A stretch of DNA of 64,000 bases from Tubulanus polymorphus (Eukaryota; Animalia; Nemertea), in the NCBI RefSeq assembly GCF_964204645.1, contig NC_134031.1:9548001-9612000 (forward strand). Direction: 5' to 3'. Below the pieces are notes generated by a model. The model was not told the origin of the DNA. It worked only from the letters and a program-made list of their open reading frames with translations, and ran no database searches. Shown in pieces: positions 10,951-24,360 of the stretch (position 1 is the first letter of the stretch; every line of letters begins with the position of its first letter). Made by a program: the position numbers and the translations under genes.

Positions 10951-13477
10951 CTTATTCTATGGGCTGAGGTTCGAATCTAATCAACAACTCGTACTCCTAG
11001 AATCAAAATATCCTCAAGTTATCATTACTTAAAATGATTCGTATGCTTCGCTAGCGTTCGCAGTACACTTTGAAGGGATTACTGTCGATCATCTAGTGCT
11101 CAGTAGAAATAGTAAAATCGATATATGTTTTTCTTAATCAAGATGAGAATCATCGATAAATTCAATTTGGAAGGGCTAGATTTTTATGTGGCGGATTAGT
11201 TCCCGTTACCTGGATAGACTCACGCTTATAAATCAACAACCATGTTAACGCGTCATCTTACTTGATAAATACATATTCAAATAATATCAGATTGCAAAGA
11301 CCTGCAATGGGCTCGATAACTAAATTATGTCTATTAATGTATATCGTGTATTATTAATCTATAAATACAATGTTTGAATTTGAAGGTCAGTATTTGCCTA
11401 AAGATGTTCATTGCACATTTTAGATATCATCGTTTTTGATAGTGTGGTTTTTTCTATTTTCTCGAAAGACATGAAACAAAATGTAGATATGTATTCGGAT
11501 TTTCGTAGGTCCATTTTAATTGCATAGCAGAGTACCGAATATTAGATCCCGTTGACTATTGACCTCCTCAGTTGTTTTTGTTATAGCGAGCCCATGGTGC
11601 AACTATGGCGATATCCTCTTGTTTTTGTATAAGGTAAAAGGCTTCAAATAGAAATGGCACAATTTATTTTGGGATGGATTAGAACTAAGCATTCTTGAGA
11701 GCACTTGAGAGCGGCTGAACGAGCAACCCTATTAGTTTATACAGTGAGACCATCACCTAAACTGTCTCCTATGCGATCTTTCTGTAGGTTCATTGGCATA
11801 GATTTATCAAATACTGGTTGGACCACATGAAAAAATAATTTCTTTACTATAATTTAGGGTGTAGGAGTCAGCACTCACACCCTATTTTTCATACACTAGT
11901 TTTCATTACCGATACCTTTAATCTGTGTCGCATTAGACTGATCGATTTCACTATTATGTTAACCGTAGCGTGCCTATATAGTCTATGTGTTAATATTAAC
12001 TTTCGGACTATTTATTCATTGAAAACGAGAGCAGAAAATACACAGTCAATATGGCTCAGTTATTTCAGAATTTCAAAGTAGGCCTATATATAATTATATA
12101 ATGCCGACACTAAAAGCCCCAGATCGTTGCTTGCTGGTGCAGGTTGAATGGAATTATTTACTGAACTGGAATTTCCTACTGGATGTTTTATATAAACTTA
12201 AATTTCAGTGAATCTGCGATAATCCATACATAGAATATTCGTTACCCCGAATTTTGACTTCAAAATCCGAGCCCGTAATTCAGTCCCGGCAGGAGTGGTG
12301 GGTTAGTAGGGACACACCAAATAAATAAGAGATGAACATAAGCTCTGAATAATGTTGAAGGTATTAAAATGATAACAAGATGATGACAGCGATTCCGATC
12401 TCAAAAGCCTATTTCAGGACTTTGAAACCCGTGAGGTTTGTTCCTATATCATATGCGTTGCCCGATTATGAGACCGATATCAGAAGATATTAAATGAGGA
12501 CTTATGAATCAGGCGTTAAAATCCATTTTTTCAAATACCATAAAGTTAATTCTTCAACTGGAGGTAACTCAACTGTTCCAAGACTGTTCTGACAAAAATT
12601 GTTCTGCTGGTACAAGTACATTTATTCATGTTCATGGTCAACGTCAATAGAACAAATAGCTCACTAATATCACTGCATCGTGTCAATGTGAAATGTTTCA
12701 CATATTATTTGATATATTTTCATGATATAGAATATCCATTCTATTTGTTTTGTTGTATGAAACCGGAACGTTCAATCATAAGTCCAATCTAATTGGCTCA
12801 TACTCATAACAATGATAATCATATCTAATTTAACTCATTGTGATCGAAACTCACTGAAAATATTATTTAGATAAAACGAAACTTGCTTAAACTAGTGGAT
12901 TAACATAGTGGATTTTCCATCTGAGTTCTATAAGGGTTTCTATTTTCGAGAAAATGAACAATTGAATCAAACGACCAATTGTAATTACTATACGAAAATT
13001 AAAATATCATTTGGTTTAATCTGATCACACCATTCTCGCATCAGAATACCACGAGCACCGGCTAAAACTATTAATCTAAATGTGATATTTCTTAGTGATG
13101 ACACAACTATTTCGAATCAGTTGCAATGCCGCCTACTACTGGCCTGAACTTTCGCATGGTTCGCTCTTTCTTCGAGACCATGCATTTGACCGCTGTAAAG
13201 ACTTTCTTTGTAGGCCTATACTAGAGCATTTTATTTATAATTCCGTAACATTAGGACATAAAGCTACATAGACCGATAGCGACCAGGCCATTCCGTCTAC
13301 CCGATAATACCTATTGCACATGGACACTTTAACGAACTTCAATAATACACGCACTATACATCACTGCTGGATATTAAGAACACTTAAAAGTCAGTGTATA
13401 CATTGAACATTCTCAGATTCAGATCTTAGGAAGAGAGTTCAAATATCCGAATAACCATAGAAGCGATAACATTAAAA

Positions 13478-13828
13478 ACCTCATTTTCTAATGAGTAAAT
13501 ACAGTTTATTAACACGAACGTTTTCGGGATCATATCCCCTCATCAGGTGAAATACAAGTGAATCAAATGATTAAACTACAGGTTTATATACAACATAAGT
13601 TACACAATTACAAGTGCTAAATTCTAAGCTAATTACAAACCAAGTATTTAATTACAAACTAATTATTTGAATACATTTAGGATAAAGGATGAGCCGTTTT
13701 GAAATAATTGTTGATTTAAAGAGGGTCGTTGCGCTTTAATAAACAGGGCCTCCCTAATTTTACAGTCGAGATCAGATGAACCTTTGTCTAGAATTTTGAA
13801 TTTGTAATTAAATACTTGGTTTGTAATT
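13478..13828 (-). mobile_element. Penelope-like retroelement 3' fragment (GIY-YIG C-terminus plus pseudo-LTR, with inverted short duplicate)
   Basis: Minus strand reads FKILDKGSSDLDCKIREALFIKAQRPSLNQQLFQNGSSFILNVFK* (stop at 13663); 13801-13828 is the inverse of 13631-13658. Confidence 0.8.
13513..13549 (-). ncRNA. Minimal type-I hammerhead ribozyme
   Basis: CAC-CUGAUGA-GGGGAUAUGAUCCC-GAAA-ACGU-UC-GUG: catalytic core, stem II and palindromic short stem III typical of Penelope hammerheads. Confidence 0.75.
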
Positions 13829-15020
13829 TCCTCTTTTCTAAGATCAATGGTATCCTAGATCTAGATATCAATATTTTGTCTAATGCCGTAAAAACTAAAA
13901 TTCTACTAAATAATAGTCGTATCGTAAGTGTTTGCGGATTCATATCAGCCGCAATGAAACTTCGAAATTCTAAATTCTTTCTTCTTAATCCAATGTCACA
14001 TGTTTGTTGTACTTGTAAATGTCAATGTGTCTTGTAAGCCTTATTATAGGCTGGCTTGTTTATCGAGATGACACGTTAATAAAGATATATATTTATATAC
14101 ACTAATACAGATAAAAGAGCTGACATTCTATCTTTAATTAGTATTCAATCTCCATCACTATCATATAGCAATAGATCCGCTCGCGTATTGTGAATCACTT
14201 TGAAAATAACCCGACAGTGGAAAAAGTATAACACACTGTGTCATAAAAGATCCAGTTGCGAGACGATACTGCGATTCAGCTAAACAACTTTTCCATCAAT
14301 TCCGTTAATAGAAATAAAAGCAAACAATAGATTTAGAATATATCAAAAACATTTGAATGTTTTGCTTTGCATGCTAGTAACAAAATAGATAACTGATTAG
14401 TGTTGAACCAGTTCCTTTAGGAATAAGATGAAAAGCTTATTATGTGGTAGTAGTTCATGTCACGTAAATTCTGTTATGGCTTCTTTAACTGAAAACTTCA
14501 ATAATATCTATAATGCTGGGTATATATATACACGTACGTGGGTAAGATGATAATTGTTCCGTATAATTTCCTACCGGTAAACTTTTATTCATTTATCAAA
14601 AGTTTTATTAATTCAATTTCGTGGTCGATTCCTTGGCAGGTTTTGAATTCTTAACGTCGTGTCAAAATGAGGTCCGCAAATTATTTCAGTTATTGAGTCT
14701 ATTGGGTCATGGTGGAGATGGGAAATTATCGAAGACTGGGATTCCGATTCCATGTCAAAATGAGTTCCCGGAACTCATTGTTGCTAGGTTTTTGGAAACG
14801 CTCGCCATCGAGGATGGGAATTTGATTATACTGGTGTCCGTTTGGTGCAAATCAATGACATAATAACCCAACATCGCCTATTCTAAGCCGGCTTGAAAAT
14901 GAGGTTAAGTGGTTCCCGTGGCTTCAATTCAAAGAAAACAGGTTTTCATCTACTTCAAAATTAAGCCGAAAACAGGGAAATTAACTGTATTTTCCTTATT
15001 TGTCGCATACACCCTTAAAG

Positions 15021-15057
15021 GCAGAAACCCGTTATCGCTGCTTGCAGCTATATTTTT
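15021..15057 (+). mobile_element. 3' end of non-autonomous Helentron (HINE-type)
   Basis: GCAGAAACCC subterminal repeat + GCTGCTTGCAGC hairpin + TATATTT; same end at 19162, 42476, 51915 and 59767. Confidence 0.75.
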
Positions 15058-15337
15058 CCATTAGGTTTCGAATCCAAATATTACAAGTCCAGAATTCTAC
15101 TGCATTGAGCATGCGTCAACATACTTATATAGGCAAATCTGTGAAAATTACTGTAATTCGTGTACGTGTAAAAACAGCATTTTAAGTATTGAGTGAGCTT
15201 CTATGTACTACAATCACTGATGTTACTGTACTGGTGTCATTATAACATGGATAGGATTGGGTCAGGACTAGCCTAAAATCTTATTCAGTATATTCACTTT
15301 TCACTCGATATTATTAAAACAATGCAGTATGCCTTAA

Positions 15338-15758
15338 GGTAGGGTCACGCGTATTTTTTCGCCCGATCGCGGCGAATTTATAAATCGCCCGAAAAATTCG
15401 CTCGACGTGTGGCCACTCACGGCGACGACGATTTCGTTGGCCGACTCGATCGCCCGTATCATACATGTTTAATTTTTCGGCCGATTATTTACGCCGGCGA
15501 TCCGATCGCCCGCAAATTCGCTCGTCTGCCCGCACTCAGCGAATTCCGCCGAGCGATCCATTTTTATCAACCAATAGGATGCATTGTTGATATCATGTGA
15601 GTTGTTAACTCTCTTCCACTAAGTACCCGTCGCTGACCGAATTTCGGTTTCATCGCTACGTGTGCCCACTCGTATCGGGCGTATAAATTCGGCGGCGAAT
15701 TCACTGGCGAATTTAATCGTCGCGATCGGGCGAAAAAATACCCTCGTGTGTCCCTACC
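15338..15758. mobile_element. MITE with TTAA target duplication (Kolobok/T2-like)
   Basis: TTAA|GGTAGGG..TATTTTTTCGCCCGATCGCG ... CGCGATCGGGCGAAAAAATA..CCCTACC|TTAA. Confidence 0.85.
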
Positions 15759-16018
15759 TTAAAGTATTCGCACACAGAAAGGCTGATTGAGCCATGTGAT
15801 TAAATTTTGCACAGGCCTTGTCTGCTGACCTGACATTTATAGTCAGACCTAGATCCAAAACGTTCATATGATCACGGCTTTAATAAAAGAAAACAAGAAA
15901 TCATTATGTAGGCCTGTACATTTTGCTGTACGTAGGTTTGGTATACCGATTTCTCCAATCTCGACAGATGAGTGTACGGTACAGCTGAAAGCATTATACC
16001 AATGGGAATAGGGCCTAT

Positions 16019-17410
16019 TATGGTGGCTGATAAGGGCCATAGCGTAAAATTCCTGGTATGTAAATGAGGGCGCCAGAACGCCAGAACGCCAAAACGAAAA
16101 AAAACGTCCAATTTTCTCTAAAAGTTCGTTTTGGCGCGCCAAAACAAAGAAAATTCCGTTTTGGCGCCCCCGCCAAAACGAACTTTCATTTTGGCGCCCC
16201 CGCCAAAACGAACTTTCATTTTGGCGCCCCCGCCAAAACGAACTTTCGTTTTGGCGCCCCCGCCAAAACAACGAAAAACGTCCAATTTTCTCTAAAAGTT
16301 CGTTTTGGCGCGCCAAAACAAAGAAAATTCCGTTTTGGCGCCCCCGCCAAAACGAACTTTCATTTTGGCGCCCCCGCCAAAACGAACTTTCGTTTTGGCG
16401 CCCCCGCCAAAACAACGAAAAACGTCGAAATTTCTCTAAAAGTTCGTTTTGGCGCGCCAAAACGGAGAATATTCCGTTTTGGCGCCCCCGCCAAAACGAA
16501 CTTTCATTTTGGCGCCCCCGCCAAAACGAACTTTCGTTTTGGCGCCCCCGCCAAAACAACGAAAAACGTCGAAATTTCTCTGAAAGTTCGTTTTGGCGCG
16601 CCAAAACAAAGAAAAGTTCGTTTTGGCGCGGTTATTTCCGTTTTGGCGCCCCCGCCAAAACAAGCATTCAACCACAGTAAAATTATTTTTCAAATTGGCG
16701 CGTTGATCTTGTGTGTAATTTGCATAAATTTGCATAAATGAAAATATTTTACGTATATATAGAATTATTTTACGTGGTTTAAAGTTCGTATTGGCGGGGG
16801 CGCCAAAACGAAAGTTCGTTTTGGCGGGGGCGCCAAAACGGAATATTCGTTGTTTTGGCGCGCCAAAACGAACTTTCAGAGAAAATTGGACGTTTTTCGT
16901 TGTTTTGGCGGGGGCGCCAAAACGAAAGTTCGTTTTGGCGGGGGCGCCAAAATGAAAGTTCGTTTTGGCGGGGGCGCCAAAACGGAATATTCGTTGTTTT
17001 GGCGCGCCAAAACGAACTTTAAGAGAAAATTGGACGTTTTTCGTTGTTTTGGCGGGGGCGCCAAAACGAAAGTTCGTTTTGGCGGGGGCGCCAAAATGAA
17101 AGTTCGTTTTGGCGGGGGCGCCAAAACGGAATTGTCTTTGTTTTGGCGCGCCAAAACGAACTTTTAGAGAAAATTGGACGTTTTTCGTTGTTTTGGCGGG
17201 GGCGCCAAAACGAAAGTTCGTTTTGGCGGGGGCGCCAAAATGAAAGTTCGTTTTGGCGGGGGCGCCAAAACGGAATATTCGTTGTTTTGGCGCGCCAAAA
17301 CGAACTTTTAGAGAAAATTGGACGTTTTTTTTCGTTTTGGCGTTCTGGCGTTCTGGCGCCCTCATTTACATACCAGGAATTTTACGCTATGGCCCTTATC
17401 AGCCACCATA
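16019..17410. mobile_element. Foldback element, ~640-bp TIRs built from ~31-bp GGCGCCCCCGCCAAAA subrepeats, 6-bp TSD GCCTAT
   Basis: TATGGTGGCTGATAAGGGCC...GGCCCTTATCAGCCACCATA; GCCTAT at 16013-16018 and 17411-17416. Confidence 0.9.
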
Positions 17411-17838
17411 GCCTATTGATTGGGCTCATTGTTTCTTGCTTTAGAATATAGAAATAAGCCAATGTTCATTCAAATATCCAACATCTGTGAAAGTTTGAAT
17501 ACTGTATACAGGTTTTCATGTTCTATGAATATTTTGCAGTTCATGGGTTTATGCTGTTGTCAAAAACATGAAGATAAATGGTCAAGGGCAGTCAGTCAAC
17601 ACCAACTCTCTTCGACCGATGTTGCTTCATACCATATACGGTCTGATTCTTTCAACTCAAGCAAAGCGATTAACACGATCGACATAAGACTGGAATAGTT
17701 TGCCGTTGACTAACAGTTTATTAACTAGTGGAATAGGTTTGATATTTACGCACGAGTTGCAAGGTTTAAATTGTTTATCAGTATAGAATTAGTAATCCAT
17801 AAAAGCCAAAATCAACATTAATAGAACAGATCCATTTT

Positions 17839-18964
17839 TTAGCCCACTTGGGACTTAAGTCCCAGCGGGCTATTGCGTTCACTTTTCGTCCGTCCGTCCG
17901 TCCGTCCGTCCGTCCGTAGACGGGATCCAGTTATTTTGGGAAGTTTTGAAGACGCTTCAAGGTAATGTCTTGATATTTGGTTTATACATGTATCGACCCT
18001 AGACACATCTTCAGTCCAAAAACTGGCCCTGTCAGAATCAAGATGGCCGACTGTCAGCCATTGTTGTTCGTCAAAATCAGCACTTATTACACTTTTTGAA
18101 CTTTTTGAGGGAAATTTTGAAGACGCTTATATCAATTACCTTGATCTTTCGTATATATTTGAACCTCTCAAGGGCCCGTCACCATAAGAAAAATTGGGTC
18201 AATCGGACTCAAGATGGCCGTCCTATGACCTTTTTAGGGGCCAGAAATGTCAATTTTGGCCCAAATTTTGAGTCGTGTAGCTTCCTACTGGTTTGCCATT
18301 TCTCATCGCAATTTGTGATGGGTATTCTTTGGAAAGGGATGTTTTATACCTGAGCCAGGTATTTTTCGATCGGCCAATTGTGACGCAATTGGCGGCCATC
18401 TTGGTTTCATTTGTACTCATTCATAGGTGGGAAAAAGTTTTTCCACATTATATTGATACCTAAGCATATTTTGTTACCACAATTAATTGCAAAGTTGTAG
18501 CTCATGACATCGTCTATGATTGAAGTGAGTTTTAAGGACATTGGTAATTCTATATGATCGCCAGGGGGCGTTGAATAGTAGAATAACTTAGTATTTCCTT
18601 ATTAGATTGGTACCTAGGCATATTTTGTTAGATCAATTGGAAAGTTGTAGTTTATGACATGTTCTATGATTGTGGTGAGTTTCAAGGTCATTGGGTTTTG
18701 CACATGGTCAGTAGGGGGCTTTGAATAGTAGAATTACTTACTGGAAATAGTAGTATTTCCTTATTAAATTGGTAACAAGGCATATTTTGTTATCACAATC
18801 AATTACTAAATCGTAGCTGCTGACATGTTCTATGATTGTGGTGAGTTTCAAGGTCATTGGTTTTTGTATATGGTCACCAGGGGGCGTTGAATATTGAAAT
18901 TGTTAGATTGTTGAGCATCGGAAACCATTTCCCAAGTGAGCATGGTGTCCCTGGACCCCTAGTT
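17839..18964 (+). mobile_element. DINE/HINE-type non-autonomous Helentron with (GTCC)n microsatellite and internal tandem repeats
   Basis: 5' TTAGCCCACTTGGG with hairpin, (GTCC)n at ~17888-17916, repeated units at 18440-18890, 3' CCCAAGTGAGC + GTCCCTGGAC hairpin + TAGTT. Confidence 0.8.
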
Positions 18965-19161
18965 AAGTGTGGTGATACAAAATAAATGCTTGGTCTGATC
19001 AATTCATATCTATTGATTTTACGTCCACGTAAGTTTGGTTTCAAAGCTGAATCACATTGGACATTTACACTAGTGCTTGTATATTAGGTTCGAATCTGTC
19101 AATACATTATATTTCATGTATCGGCTTTAAATTTTCAACCTGAATGGCATGGTGCGGATTT

Positions 19162-19200
19162 GCAGAAAACCCGTTACCGCTGCTTTGCCGCTATATTTTT
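19162..19200 (+). mobile_element. 3' end of Helentron (same family as 15021)
   Basis: GCAGAAAACCCGTTACCGCTGCTTTGCCGCTATATTTT. Confidence 0.7.
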
Positions 19201-19400
19201 AGCTTGTGATTCTTTATAATTTCAGTATACAAACGATTACTGATGATTGTGTTATGAGCACCGGTATCTACCAGATACTTCACAGACACTCCGTGTACTA
19301 CTGCTGACAAATAAATCGCCGATTGTGATTTATCATTTTTGGACAGTACGTATACTTTAGAATCATCATTCTTTTGTCTATCTTGAATCTCTAAATTCTT
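19201..19400 (-). pseudogene. Gypsy-type LTR retrotransposon aspartic protease fragment
   Basis: AIYLSAVVHGVSVKYLVDTGAHNTIIS (LVDTGA active-site motif). Confidence 0.8.
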
Positions 19401-19811
19401 TGGGAGACTTGCTTTATTTACTCTGGTTGAACCTACTCCCTTTTGAACGGCGCGGGAGAGTTTAAAGGCTGCTGTGTACATTGTCTTACTATATGACACT
19501 TTTGTTGGCAGTTATAACAAACTACGTTATTACTTGCTCTATATGGCGTCGATTGAGATTTATAATTATCTACAAACTAAAAGAAATTGAACGTTTCGAT
19601 AATGTTTATATTCGCTCCTCACAAAGCCACGCAGAGAGACTCAATCAGGTGAACAGTCTAACGTTGTTGCGAGCAAATAATTTATTAAACAAGTTTGCGG
19701 TCACTGCAAATGGACGTATTGTGGAAAGGGGTAGTCGCAGACCACCAAACGCCTCTGCTTCTGCACCCACCCCAGCCCCCGCCAGTGATAATAATAACTA
19801 GGACAGTGCCC

Positions 19812-20957
19812 AGTCTTTAACCATTTGTTCGTGGAATGTTAATGGGTGGACAACTTTTAACAGTGATCTGAGAAAGGCTATCATAAAAAAACCCAGGATC
19901 CTGATATTGTGTGTCTGCAGGAGACACATTTAAATAACAATGAAACAGACAGCATAGACATTGAATACTATAGGTGGATACCTCACAGTAGACTGTTGAA
20001 ACATAATAACGCAGCGATAAACCATGGTGGAATTGGTATTCTCATACGAAATGATCTGTTAAGTATTTTCAATGTAAAGTGAATCGAAAAATCTGTTGAT
20101 GGTTTACTTATTATTCATCTAGAGGATAAAATTACAAAATTTGATATTGTGTTAATAAACGCGTACCTACCTCCCGAAGGTTCACCGTGGGGTCGCAACT
20201 CCACTCAATTTTGAAGTAATATTCTATCAACTATCTATTTGAACTCGGGAAGCGATGTCATTCTTCTGTGTGGAAATTTCAATGCGAGAATAGGTGAACA
20301 GAACGATATTAGTTATCCGGATGTATCAGTACCGGTCCGTACAGTTGTAGATAAACAATCGAACGCACATGGTAACTATTTCGTTGAACTATTAAATGAC
20401 GCTCAATTGTGTGTACTGAACGGTCGTTTCAAAGGACATTCGAACAATTTTACTAGCATTTCGGGAAAAGGGAGATCAGTCGTTGACTATGTCGCCTTGC
20501 CCTATGATCAGTTCGAAAAAGTTTCTGACTTTTCTGTGAAACTCCCGTTAGATCTTGTGAAAGATGCGCATGCAGAGACTCACATATCAAAAAGAAGTAA
20601 AGCGCCTGACCACGCGATGTTAACATTAACATTGGTTTTATCAAATCTGAATCAGTGTAAAAATGATCTACATCAAAACAATGATATGAGGTCGGGAAAT
20701 GCACAGTCACGTAAACGTTATTATTTTAGTCAGGTGCCAGCAGAATTCATGTCAAATGAAATATTTGTCAATGCATTAGAGATAATTTGTAATAATATTG
20801 AACAAGCGGAAAATGAACAAAATGATATAGATGTAATATATAACAATTTATGTATGGTTATAACCAGAGAAATGGATGCCTTTCTCCAGTCTAGAGATCT
20901 CTCAAAATTTTCTAAGAAGTCTATCAAAAACCATATTGGGATGAAAAGTTGAATACC
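19812..20957 (+). pseudogene. Non-LTR retrotransposon ORF2 apurinic-like endonuclease, interrupted by Polinton A
   Basis: ICSWNVNG, DIVCLQETHL, GGIGILI, YLPP, LCGNFNARIG, LNGR, SVVDY, PDH motifs; stops and frameshifts. Confidence 0.9.
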
Positions 20958-21079
20958 AGTATATAGGAATAAGTTGTTTCATACCAAAGGTCGAAGGGTC
21001 GAAAAATAAATTCTCGCACGCTCGAATTTATTTTTCGACCCCTCAACCTTTGATATGAAACAACTTATTCCTATATACT
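20958..21079. repeat. 122-bp terminal hairpin of Polinton A
   Basis: AGTATATAGGAATAAGTTGTTTCAT...AATTCTCGCACGCTCGAATT...ATGAAACAACTTATTCCTATATACT. Confidence 0.95.
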
Positions 21080-21088
21080 CTTATAATA

Positions 21089-21223
<135 letters not shown>

Positions 21224-21253
21224 GAATAATTTCTAAAATCAATTTAGTAACAA

Positions 21254-21835
21254 ATGTTTGATATTAAAATGGAGCCAGAACAATCACAACCTATCAATAT
21301 TACAAATAACAATGGTGTTATAAATATATACTACAAGAAATGTTCTAAATGTGAATTAGATAAATTAGCTATAACAGAATTTAGTAAGCGTATGATTAGC
21401 AAAGATGGTTTTCAATATTGCAGCAAAACTTGTATTAAACTATATACTAAGCAATATCGGGCAGATAAAAGAGAACATTATAATGATTATATGACAGAAT
21501 ATATGAGAGAAAGATATAAAACAGATCTTAATTTTAAAATGAAACAATGTTTACGGTCTAGATTAACACAATTATTCAACAAAGAAACGCATTCAGCAAC
21601 ACTATCTAATTTGTTGGGTTGTACAGATGAATTCTTAAAATCATGGATTGTATGTCAATTCGACGATAAAATGAATATAGATAATTATGGTGAATACTTT
21701 CATATTGATCACGTGTTACCAATATCGAAATTCGACTTGAGTGATGAATACAATCAAAAGGTAGTCTGGAATTGGAGAAATTTAAGGCCTCTTGAAAAGA
21801 AGGAAAATATAATTGAATCTAACAAACTAGATTGA
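21254..21835 (+). pseudogene. Zn-ribbon + HNH endonuclease (large DNA virus/PLV type), premature stop near C-terminus
   Basis: KKCSKC...; FHIDHVLPISKF...WNWRNLRPLEKKEN..SNK. Confidence 0.85.
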
Positions 21836-22291
21836 GAGTTATATTTGTAGCAATTAGATAAAGCAAAGACATTTGTTGAATTATGGAATAGTAGATCGCA
21901 GAATCAACCGCATTCAGAGGTCTTAATCAGTGATTAGAAAACCGGCAACTCTATTTGAGCTCTGTATGTATATAGTTGATTGCAAAAACATCTGTCGCAT
22001 GATTGTTTCCATTTGTAAGGAATTAATTAACTTCATCATAAAAGAACGCCTGTTACCATCCAGGCAAACGTACAGAAATAATCAGCTTGGTCGAACGTGC
22101 GCCACGTTGGCAGTTAGAAATCAACATTCACATACATAGGACGCATTGGATATTCTCTCTCAAAACAATGTTTACAGTTCTAAATCTAAATGTGAGTACC
22201 GTTTTTTGTAGTTATTATGAAGTAGGGAAAGGGGGTACTTTAAACATATTTAAGTACAGTAATTCATTTTCACGACATCTTTGAGATTAAA

Positions 22292-22753
22292 ATGGATTAC
22301 AGGGATCGACCAGAAATTCCAAGTCAACCATCGGAAGGGAAATCAGAACCGATGGATAGTGAAACCCAGGATTCAACAGAAATGGAGGAAGGAACTCAAG
22401 TTATTGACAAACAACCTTTAAAAAAATTACAAAAACATTTGGATTGTCATAAAGAAATGGTGAAAATGCTGGGTGATGTAATTCGTAATGAACAATAACC
22501 ACGCGAGCCACAATTACCACAATTACCAACAACAAACCTGGAATTGCTGTTGGGACTCAAGGAATCTGAATTGCTGTCGGGACTCGAGAAATTGAAAACT
22601 AAGAAAATGAGTGGAGAAGAGTTGAATAAGTTTTTAAAATCGAAATTAATTATTGAAACATTAATCAATTATTTAAACTTTCCAGAAATACGAAGTGAAG
22701 AAGTTATTTCATTTGATAAAATAACTAATATATTAAAAATAAGACCATATTAA
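22292..22753 (+). pseudogene. Accessory Polinton gene of unknown function behind a 5'UTR intron
   Basis: ORFs 22292..22498 and 22544..22753 are in the same frame, separated by one stop; GTGAGT donor at 22192, AG at 22284. Confidence 0.5.
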
Positions 22754-23819
22754 AAAGAAAAGCAAATCACCTATGGGACCACATCATTTTCGGGAGTTAT
22801 TTGATTATATGGTTTGACATGTTCGATAAAGAAACTGAGGGGATTTCTTGGGGGGCTTGGGTTAAAAAGAATATAGAAATCAGCGCCGGTTATGAAAGAA
22901 AACTGAGTAGGAAGATTGATAGAATATGAAAAATTCCAATTATTAAGTTTAACATTTAGTGAAGTTGTCAACTATTTGCCAGAAATTGAAGAAATGATTG
23001 AAAACGATTTAGTAATTCAAGAATTCTGGACGAAATTATAAATTATAACCCTGAAGATCTTTGTAATATAGATATCAAAAAATGTAATCTTGATTGTGTA
23101 AATCTGCTTTAATATTGTTTTGTTATGCATTAGTCGTTCGGTCGTTGTTGATGGTGACGGCTGTTCTGTATTGATTGTTTACAGTTCTCTGTGTGAATGT
23201 TGTAGTTTACAGAATAAATTATATAAATGACGCATGCACACTGAGGAAAAGCGGTCTTCTAGGACCGCTTTTCTATTGTTCTCCATTGTTCTATCTTCGA
23301 TCGCTACAATTTGCATAATAAATATATGTGTTTATGAAATAGTAATTCCACCCGATGTTTTCGTTAAAATTGATTTTCAGCTTGAGGATTTATTATCGAG
23401 AATCCGAAATGACTTATCTGGACAATTATAGTAACCGCTCCTATAGATAGACAAAAGTAGTGAGATATTAAATCCTAATTTAAATAAAAAGTATTAAAAA
23501 AACCATAACTTCAACAAGCTAGTGAATTCTATTATATTTTTAATATTTTCTTTTGCAATTCTAATTGACGCTAGATTAAATAGATTTTGATAAGATTTGA
23601 ATAAAAATTACATATCTTCAAATAGATAGTGAATTCTATTATATTTTTATTCAAAATCTATTATTTCTTTTCAAAAAGAGAATACTTTATATTTTGAATA
23701 GATTTGAATAAAAATTACATATCTTCAACTAGCTAGTATTTAAAATTCTTTAACTTTAACCAGCTAGTATCATTTGAAGAATACTTATAATATTTTGTTC
23801 GCTTTTTTCTCTAATATAA

Positions 23820-24197
23820 ATGTCAAAGAAATCTAATAAGAATAATACCAATATTGAAAAGACAATTGAGGATTTAGGTATTACAGATAATAAAGATACA
23901 GTTGTTTATAATTGTGCTCAAGTTGATAATAATATTGATTTTGAATACTATTTAACATGTAAGCACCATCTTGAGTTACTAATTGCTAGTGGTAAATCTA
24001 AGGATTTCTTGGGGAAAATTATAACTTTTCAAGAATTAGATAACATGAAACCAGATAAAGTAATAAAACATTTCAAAATATACGAAGAAGCTAGATTGGC
24101 TAGAATAAATGACTCTATCAGTGATGGAATAGTAAAATGTTACTCTAAGTTATGTAACCGGATTATACCAATTGATGATGAAAATAAATTATATAGT
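23820..24197 (+). pseudogene. Conserved Polinton protein (MSKKSNK... family), split by insertion of element B; continues at 42338-42475
   Basis: ...DDENKLYS|DLKNDYLVMTELQKWVGY is contiguous in the homologue 38887..39324. Confidence 0.92.
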
Positions 24198-24360
24198 AGT
24201 AATAGGGAATATGTTGTTTCAGATCAAAGGTCGAACGGTCGAGTTCATTAAAAACAAAACATTAAAAGTAATTTAAAACTATAATATATTTTCATAACCG
24301 TGTGCATTTTATATTAAAACTAAATATTTATTCTAAGATATCAATAATTTAAAAAGCATA

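Noticed and set aside
10951-10956. Target-site duplication for the candidate satellite, and for A, C and D
   Set aside because: Partner ends are missing or truncated, so no TSD can be verified
10960-13470. Possible host gene or exons
   Set aside because: No ORF, motif or splice pattern that can be supported
15864-17451. Several long repetitive ORFs (RFGAPAKTN / FWRGRQN)
   Set aside because: Artefacts of the stop-poor foldback subrepeats on both strands
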